Both the position numbers and the translations under genes were made by a program. This document shows, one piece after another, positions 46,939 through 53,337 of a DNA stretch of 64,000 bases. Under the pieces are notes generated by a model. That model saw only the letters and a list, made by a program, of their open reading frames with translations, ran no database searches and was not told where the DNA came from. Origin of the DNA: Candidatus Poseidoniaceae archaeon (GTDB lineage Archaea > Thermoplasmatota > Poseidoniia > Poseidoniales > Poseidoniaceae); assembly GCA_949372875.1 (NCBI GenBank), contig CASIAW010000005.1, forward strand, positions 98,586 through 162,585, read 5' to 3'. How positions within the stretch are numbered: position 1 is the first letter of the stretch; every line of letters begins with the position of its first letter.

Positions 46939-46974
46939 CACTAATAATAACTGCCTAGGTGGTAATTATTAGTG
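46939..46974. promoter_or_regulatory. Perfect 10-N16-10 inverted repeat (CACTAATAAT-N16-ATTATTAGTG) in the divergent promoter between the nikR-like gene and the ZnuA-like gene. Candidate NikR-type operator.
   Basis: Read directly. The spacer centre contains CCTAGG. A TATA-like TTAAATA (46977-46983) sits about 27 nt upstream of the ATG at 47007. E. coli NikR is known to bind a GTATGA-N16-TCATAC dyad. Confidence 0.5.
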
Positions 46975-47006
46975 TTCATTAAATAGTTAATAGAAAACGG
47001 CACGAC

Positions 47007-50000
47007 ATGAACAACAACCGTATGAGAGTCGTTTTCGTAAGCCTGATTATGATTTTTTCAAGCCTTGCTGGATGTATTGGCGATGAAGAATTGGAAGCTA
47101 TTGAAGAGGCCACTGACCTCTTGAATGATGCAACAAACTCCACAATGGATGGCAACAATACCACAACCATTGGGATGTTGGGATCCGTAATGGTTTCAAC
47201 ATACCACGTCGGAGAACTCGTCAAAGCAATCGCTGGCGAACATGTCGACATGGAATACATGAGTCTTGACAACATCCCCGTCCACGATTACGAACCATCT
47301 GCATCGGATCTCATCCGACTTCAGAACTCTGACGTTTTCTTCTACCACGGACTAGGACTCGAACCCTGGGTCGATGCAACGCTTGACTCCTTGGGTAACG
47401 ATGCTCCAACAGCCGTTCAAGTTCACACCATGCCTAGTGGGGAAGAGACCCTCGATTATGAATCGTTACTCGTCTCTGATTTGTGCAAAACTCTCTTAGA
47501 AGGGCCATACGAAACCGTTGAACTTGTTGATGAAGAAGAGCACGCTGATGATGTTAAAATCCTAGCTGAATACATGGCGCATAACATCACATTCCCTCAC
47601 GAAGAGCATGACGACCATGCTGATGAAGAAGGTGACCATGATGACCACGCTGAGGAAGAAGACGGGCATGACGGCCATGCTGATGAAGAAGGCAACCATT
47701 CAGAAGAAGGTCACGAAGACCACGACGCTCATGATGATGGCCACGAAGGCCATGCCCACCTTGTTGCTGAACAAACTCTTTCCAACCCTGCAGGATGTCC
47801 TGCTGACACAATGATTTCCATATTCCACCTCGAAGAAGGGGAATACATCATTGAATTCGATGCAGAACATGCAGATGATTTCACAATGGCAGTTCTCAAG
47901 ATGCTTGGCGGTCACGCACACCACGACCATGGTGACCACGGTGACGAACACGGAGATGAACATGATGACCATGATGGTCATGGTGACGAACACTTCGTTT
48001 GCCACGATATGACAACTCACGAAAACACCAACCACACCACTGAGGAAGAATGTGTAGCCGCAGGCCACATGTGGATGAAAGAAGACGGTCACGACGACCA
48101 TGAAGGCGACTACTGCCACGATACAACAACTCACGAAAACACCAACCATACCACTGAGGAAGAATGTGTTGCCGCAGGCCACACGTGGATGGAAGAAGCC
48201 GATCACGATGACCATGATGGCCACGACGACCATGATGGCCACGACGACCATGACGACCACGATGGCCATGACGACCACGATGGCCATGACGACCCGTGCG
48301 CCGACCACTATGACCACGACGACCATGATGACCACGGAGATCACATGACTGCAGAAGAAGCGCTTGAAGAAGCCGATTCAAACAACGACAGTCTCCTTTC
48401 TTGGGATGAATTCTGGGATTCCTGGAACGACGATGGGCACGATGACCATGACGACCATGACGACCATGATGAAGAACATCACGGCGTCTTCGTATTATTC
48501 CCTGACAACTGCATGCTCATGTATGCTGCTGAAGACGATATGCTGCCTGAAAACGCAACTGGATGGAACCTCACAACATCTGCAATGATGGGAGATGACA
48601 CACTCGAGCTCAATTACTCCGTTCATGAAACATACGGCACTAGTGTCAGTGGAATCAACGGATTTATGGCTCCAGAAGATTATTCCTGGTATTGGCAACT
48701 TATGCTCTGGAACGGCACAGAAAACAACACTGGCTGGGAAGTCAGCAATGTTGGTATTGACTCTGTAATGATTCCTGAAATGACAGAACACGTCGCTTGG
48801 ATGCCAAATTCCTCGGACATGTCATATTTGCCAGACCTCAGTATGATGCATGATGACCATGATGACCATGATGACCATGATGGCCATGATGACTTCGAAA
48901 GAACATTCCACTGCAGTTCTACCGTTGGTGGCACTCCAGACACAGAAATTCCGTTCTCTCAAGTGAACGATGGCACTGAAGACTGTGGCGATGGTTCCGA
49001 TGAGCCTCAAGACTTTGACGGTGATGGTATTGTTGACAACTGGTTCGACTGCATGGATGGTTCAAATGTGTCCATGGAATTCGTTAACGACGGATATGAT
49101 GACTGCCCTGATGGTGATGATGAATCTCACGATGATGACCACAGTGACAATGAAGGAGCGCCAACGCCTCAAGAATTTATCAATATGACTGATACTGACG
49201 GAAATGGAACAATGAGCTTTGATGAATTCATTGCATTCATGAATTCACCTGATCCTGACGGTGAACATGAAGATGATGATGAGTCATTGCCACAATCTAT
49301 GGTTGACGAACTCAGAGTAATATTCGATAACAACGATGCAGATCAGTCCGGAGAGTTAGATCTCGATGAACTCGACCAATTTATCATTGACACGGATGAG
49401 TACTTTATGTCAATGGATGGCGGTGATGGCGAACCGACTCAAGAGGAACTCCAGTTCCTCTTCAACGCATCCGATGCAGACGGCGACCAATTGTTGAACG
49501 TTACCGAACTTGGTGCATTCATGGAAATGCTCGAAGACCTCATGGAAGATGACCACCATGATGATCACGACGACCATGACAATCACGACGACCATGACGA
49601 CCACGGCGACGATAACCACGCTGACGAAGAAGATCACCATCCTGTCGGCTATGTGACCCTTCACGTTAATGCTGAAGGCGACTATGGTTTCGCTCTACCT
49701 ATGGATGTTGAATTCCACATCATGATGGCCGAAGGCGGCCATGACGACCATGCTGGCCATGATGATCACGACGACCATGATGACCATGCTGGAGAAGAAG
49801 GCGACCATGCTGAAGAAGAAGGCGACCATGATGACCACGCTGATGAAGAAGGTAACCATACTGATGAAGAAGGTGACCATGATGACCACGCTGACGAAGA
49901 AGGAGCTCTCGATTATGACCCTCACAGCTGGCTTAGCCCACTTGCTTTCAAGGCACAAGTGAATGTTGTTCTCGACGGACTAACCACTGCTTTCCCTGCT

Positions 50001-50447
50001 GGAGAAGCAGTCTTCAAGGTAAACGCTGAGGCATATGCTGCTCAATTAACAGCTCTTGACGTTTCATTTGACGCTGCCTTCGGAGAAGGCGGCCAATGCA
50101 TGGCTGGAGGTCAACAAAAGACTGTGGCTTCAAACCACAACGCTTACTCCTACATCGCAGTTGAATACGGAATCCAATTCATGACCGTTCACGGACTTGA
50201 CCCAGAAGGAGAACCATCTCCTGAAGATGTCGCTAAGGTTGTTAACTTCATCAAGGAAGAAGGAATCACTGTTCTGTTTGTTGAAGAATACACCGACCAA
50301 TCTTCAGTGCAAAGCATTGTTGATGAAACAGGTGTGTCGATTCAAATCCTTTACACCATGGAAATGGCACCAAGCGATTCTGATGACAATTACATGACAA
50401 TGATGACCAAGAACCTTGCAAACCTCGTAGCCGGTATCGGATGCTGA
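47007..50447 (+). CDS. znuA: ZnuA/TroA-family (cluster-9) metal-binding lipoprotein with an interlobe His/Asp/Glu-rich loop hyper-expanded to about 800 aa, containing EF-hand-like and LDLa-like calcium-binding modules
   Basis: Lipobox MNNNRMRVVFVSLIMIFSSLAGC. N-lobe motif ...DNIPVHDYEPSASDLIRLQNSDVFFYHGLGLEPWV... C-lobe DPHSWLSPLAF...ASNHNAYSYIAVEYGIQ...EPSPEDVAKVVNFIKEEGITVLFVEE... (TroA-like). Between them are HDDHDGHDDHDDHDG-type runs, DTDGNGTMSFDEF / DNNDADQSGELDLDEL / DADGDQLLNVTEL (EF-hand DxDxDG...E loops) and two VNDGxxDCxDGSDE modules. Confidence 0.85.
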   Translation: MNNNRMRVVFVSLIMIFSSLAGCIGDEELEAIEEATDLLNDATNSTMDGNNTTTIGMLGSVMVSTYHVGELVKAIAGEHVDMEYMSLDNIPVHDYEPSASDLIRLQNSDVFFYHGLGLEPWVDATLDSLGNDAPTAVQVHTMPSGEETLDYESLLVSDLCKTLLEGPYETVELVDEEEHADDVKILAEYMAHNITFPHEEHDDHADEEGDHDDHAEEEDGHDGHADEEGNHSEEGHEDHDAHDDGHEGHAHLVAEQTLSNPAGCPADTMISIFHLEEGEYIIEFDAEHADDFTMAVLKMLGGHAHHDHGDHGDEHGDEHDDHDGHGDEHFVCHDMTTHENTNHTTEEECVAAGHMWMKEDGHDDHEGDYCHDTTTHENTNHTTEEECVAAGHTWMEEADHDDHDGHDDHDGHDDHDDHDGHDDHDGHDDPCADHYDHDDHDDHGDHMTAEEALEEADSNNDSLLSWDEFWDSWNDDGHDDHDDHDDHDEEHHGVFVLFPDNCMLMYAAEDDMLPENATGWNLTTSAMMGDDTLELNYSVHETYGTSVSGINGFMAPEDYSWYWQLMLWNGTENNTGWEVSNVGIDSVMIPEMTEHVAWMPNSSDMSYLPDLSMMHDDHDDHDDHDGHDDFERTFHCSSTVGGTPDTEIPFSQVNDGTEDCGDGSDEPQDFDGDGIVDNWFDCMDGSNVSMEFVNDGYDDCPDGDDESHDDDHSDNEGAPTPQEFINMTDTDGNGTMSFDEFIAFMNSPDPDGEHEDDDESLPQSMVDELRVIFDNNDADQSGELDLDELDQFIIDTDEYFMSMDGGDGEPTQEELQFLFNASDADGDQLLNVTELGAFMEMLEDLMEDDHHDDHDDHDNHDDHDDHGDDNHADEEDHHPVGYVTLHVNAEGDYGFALPMDVEFHIMMAEGGHDDHAGHDDHDDHDDHAGEEGDHAEEEGDHDDHADEEGNHTDEEGDHDDHADEEGALDYDPHSWLSPLAFKAQVNVVLDGLTTAFPAGEAVFKVNAEAYAAQLTALDVSFDAAFGEGGQCMAGGQQKTVASNHNAYSYIAVEYGIQFMTVHGLDPEGEPSPEDVAKVVNFIKEEGITVLFVEEYTDQSSVQSIVDETGVSIQILYTMEMAPSDSDDNYMTMMTKNLANLVAGIGC

Positions 50448-50502
50448 TTGTAAGAACTTGATTTCGCAAACATAACCATGAACTGAAGAGAAGGTGAAAG
50501 AC

Positions 50503-50622
50503 GTGCACCTTGTAGATACACTTCCAATCATCGTTGTTTCAACGGTGTTCGTTGCCTTTTTTGGCTACTTACTGGTTGAATCTTTCTGGGCTACATACTC
50601 CAGTCAAGACGATTTTTCGTGA
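50503..50622 (+). CDS. Possible small (39 aa) single-TM membrane protein between the ZnuA-like and ZnuC genes (GTG start). Speculative.
   Basis: Manual translation gives VHLVDTLPIIVVSTVFVAFFGYLLVESFWATYSSQDDFS*. Hydrophobic core of about 20 residues. Below the 60-aa ORF-track cutoff. Confidence 0.2.
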   Translation: MHLVDTLPIIVVSTVFVAFFGYLLVESFWATYSSQDDFS

Positions 50623-50671
50623 TATCAATCTCAGATTCACTTTTGCGAATTGACATCAATGACATATCAAC

Positions 50672-51535
50672 ATGGTAGTGCTTAATATGCAACCTCCAGC
50701 CGATAACAAAGTGATGGAAGAAGCGGCTGCAATCCTAAAAATAAAGGATTTGACCGTAAGCCGTTCCGGAAAAGTGGTTATCCACGACATCAATCTAAGC
50801 GTACGTAAAGGCGAATTTATCGGTTTAGTTGGACCCAATGGTAGCGGTAAGTCAACGCTTCTTCTGTCCATTCTTGGCGTTTTGAGAGCCCAGCAAGGCT
50901 CTATTCAGATATATGGTCAAAAACCAATGTCAAGAAGCATTCTGGGTAAAATTGGCTGGGTCTCTCAAGCTGCAGCGGTCATGCCGAAGAACGTGAGAAT
51001 TACAGTTCGAGAACTCGTCCAACTAGGTACCTTAAACTCGAGGAATATGTTTTGGCGAAGAAAGGGAATCCATCGTGAAAAAGTGGACCAGGCAATGAAA
51101 ATGGTTGGATTAGAAGGGGTTGCAGACAATGACATAGCGCGACTTTCAGGAGGGCAGCGTCAGCGTGCTGTTATTGGTCGTGCTCTTGCATCCGATGCAC
51201 AATTTATCTTGTTGGATGAACCTCTCGTGGGTATTGACCGAGAATCTCGAAACTCGTTACTCAAGTTATTAGACAAGCTCTGCCATGATGAAAATAAAAC
51301 TATCCTGATGGTCTCACACGATCTCGCTGCGATTCGTCAAACCGCTCACCGTATGATTTATCTTGAAGAATCTATACGATTTGACGGGCTAACTGAAGAC
51401 TTCCCTGACCTTACAACCCTTGCTGGATTACGCGGCATTGAACCAGTGCATGGTCATAGCCATGACAAAAATATTCCGAAATCAATTGTTCTTGGGACTG
51501 AGAAGAATGAACATTCCAATAAGGAGGAAGAATAA
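50672..51535 (+). CDS. znuC: ABC transporter ATP-binding protein (ZnuC/TroB-like, metal-type ABC)
   Basis: Walker A GPNGSGKSTLL, ABC signature LSGGQRQRAVIGRAL, Walker B FILLDEP, H-loop MVSHDL. Confidence 0.85.
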   Translation: MVVLNMQPPADNKVMEEAAAILKIKDLTVSRSGKVVIHDINLSVRKGEFIGLVGPNGSGKSTLLLSILGVLRAQQGSIQIYGQKPMSRSILGKIGWVSQAAAVMPKNVRITVRELVQLGTLNSRNMFWRRKGIHREKVDQAMKMVGLEGVADNDIARLSGGQRQRAVIGRALASDAQFILLDEPLVGIDRESRNSLLKLLDKLCHDENKTILMVSHDLAAIRQTAHRMIYLEESIRFDGLTEDFPDLTTLAGLRGIEPVHGHSHDKNIPKSIVLGTEKNEHSNKEEE

Positions 51536-52449
51536 TGGGAATAGGAATGACGATTTTAGAACTCGTTGCTCCAGTACTCGAGTTTATCGCACCAATGGTT
51601 CCTGGAGAGATTTTTCCATATTTCTTTACTATGGAAATGTTTCAACGTGCTCTTTTGGCAGCGATCATGGTCACGATGGTTGCTGGTGTACTTGGCTCCT
51701 TTTTGCTGATTCGAAACCTCGCCCTTATCGGGGACGGTTTGGCTCACGTATCCTTTGGTGGGGTAGCTGTTGGTGTGGTATTGGGGGCCACTTCCCCCCT
51801 CTGGTATGCACTGGTATTCAGCGTAATTTCTGCAGTTATTATTCACGAAATGCAAACCAGAGAATTGCTAACTGGTGATGCCTCAATCGCTATTTTCTTA
51901 ACTGGAATGCTCGCTTTAGGTCTCGTTGTTCTTCGAGTATTTGGTGGAGGAATAACGAGCGATATCGAGGGATATCTGTTCGGAAGTTTACTTCTCATTG
52001 ACGAGAAGAGTCTTGACATGATTGCTAGCATCAGTATATTCTCACTTCTTTCCCTCTTAATGCTCTATTCTGGATTACTTTCGACGACCATTGATCCACT
52101 TGCTGCTCGTGTTCAGGGACTTCCAGTTCGAGCAATTGGACTCGTGTTTAGCATCATCACTGCTGCTGTAGTTGTGAGTATGGTTCAAGTTATTGGGGCT
52201 TTACTCGTAACCGCGTTACTGGTCACTCCAGCTGCAACCGCCCAACTGGTAGGGCGTAGTTTCCGTTCCTGTTTAATTTGGACTCAAGTTTTTGGAATGT
52301 CTGCTATTTTCATTGGGCTGTATCTCTCAGCAGAGCACGACTCGGGTAGTGGAGCAATGATTGCTTTAGTTGCGGCTTCGATATTTGCAACAGTGGCAAT
52401 CTTAAAAACTGTAATTCTGGGTTTGATTAAGCCAAATCAAAACCTCTAA
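51535..52449 (+). CDS. znuB: ABC-3 family metal-transport permease (ZnuB/TroC-like)
   Basis: 304 aa, about 8-9 TM helices. Start codon overlaps the znuC stop (ATAATGGG). ABC-3-like hydrophobic profile. Confidence 0.85.
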   Translation: MGIGMTILELVAPVLEFIAPMVPGEIFPYFFTMEMFQRALLAAIMVTMVAGVLGSFLLIRNLALIGDGLAHVSFGGVAVGVVLGATSPLWYALVFSVISAVIIHEMQTRELLTGDASIAIFLTGMLALGLVVLRVFGGGITSDIEGYLFGSLLLIDEKSLDMIASISIFSLLSLLMLYSGLLSTTIDPLAARVQGLPVRAIGLVFSIITAAVVVSMVQVIGALLVTALLVTPAATAQLVGRSFRSCLIWTQVFGMSAIFIGLYLSAEHDSGSGAMIALVAASIFATVAILKTVILGLIKPNQNL

Positions 52450-52578
52450 CCCCTCTGTAAAGTATTCATTCCTTCTATCGTAAGGAGTAAGAGCAGTTAG
52501 ATTCAATGTAGAATTGAAGGGAAATCATATCCTATCGATGACTGGAGGGGTTATGATGGAGGGGCGCCACGGCGTTGT

Positions 52579-53310
52579 ATGTCCCGCCCTGTTGCACTGG
52601 TTACTGGAGGCGGCAGAGGTATCGGTGCAGCAGTATCGAAGCGTCTTGCCAAGGATGGCTATGATGTACTGTTAACCTACAATACCTCTTCCAAACCTGC
52701 AGAGATGGTCGTCGAAGAAATCCGTTCCTCTGGAGATGACGCACTTGCTGTCAAGGTCGATTGCTCAGATACGGGGGAAGTCGGCTTACTTGGAATTCAT
52801 CCATGGATGGCTCGAGGAATTGATGTATTGGTCCTTAACCACGGGTCTTATGAACGGATTTCGGCTGATGAGATGACAATAGAAACATTACGTAAAACAA
52901 TGCTAACAAATTTTGAAGGCGCTGTTTCAGTATGGAAAGCGGTTCAGCCTCACCTTACTGCTCATGCCAGAATGGTTGTCGTTGGCTCACAACTTGGCAC
53001 AAAAGGATCGCCACATGGCGCTGACTACTCAGCTTCCAAAGCAGCACTCTCAACCTGGGCTCGCTCACTGGCACAAGCAGTTGGACCGGAAGGAAAGCGA
53101 GTGAATGTGCTGGCTCCGGGATTTGTCGATACAGCTATCCTCGCAGGTGATTCAAAAGAGAAGCGAAGTCAACGTGAACAACAGGTTCCACTCAGGCGTG
53201 TCGGTACACCTGAAGATATGGCAGGAACAATCTCCTTTTTGGTCGGCCAAGATTCAAAATACATCACCGGTGCAATACTCCATGTCAACGGCGGACTCTA
53301 CCTGCCTTAA
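52579..53310 (+). CDS. Short-chain dehydrogenase/reductase (SDR; FabG-like)
   Basis: TGGGRGIGAAV (TGxxxGIG), catalytic YSASK, PG motif NVLAPGFVDT. 243 aa. Confidence 0.8.
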   Translation: MSRPVALVTGGGRGIGAAVSKRLAKDGYDVLLTYNTSSKPAEMVVEEIRSSGDDALAVKVDCSDTGEVGLLGIHPWMARGIDVLVLNHGSYERISADEMTIETLRKTMLTNFEGAVSVWKAVQPHLTAHARMVVVGSQLGTKGSPHGADYSASKAALSTWARSLAQAVGPEGKRVNVLAPGFVDTAILAGDSKEKRSQREQQVPLRRVGTPEDMAGTISFLVGQDSKYITGAILHVNGGLYLP

Positions 53311-53337
53311 GTGAAGAATTGAAAACCCGTCGACGTA

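Noticed and set aside
47587-48381. Three long minus-strand ORFs (74, 214 and 161 aa; Val/Met/His/Arg-rich) inside the His-rich region
   Set aside because: They are antisense read-throughs of the GAC/CAT/GAT-rich coding repeats of the ZnuA-like gene. Their low-complexity composition mirrors the sense-strand HDDHDG repeats, and they have no independent start or stop context.
47900-49900. CRISPR-like appearance of short periodic DNA repeats (gaccatgatgaccacg...)
   Set aside because: The repeats are in-frame codon repeats within a single long ORF. They are imperfect, contiguous and lack unique spacers, so they are protein-level His/Asp repeats and not a CRISPR array.
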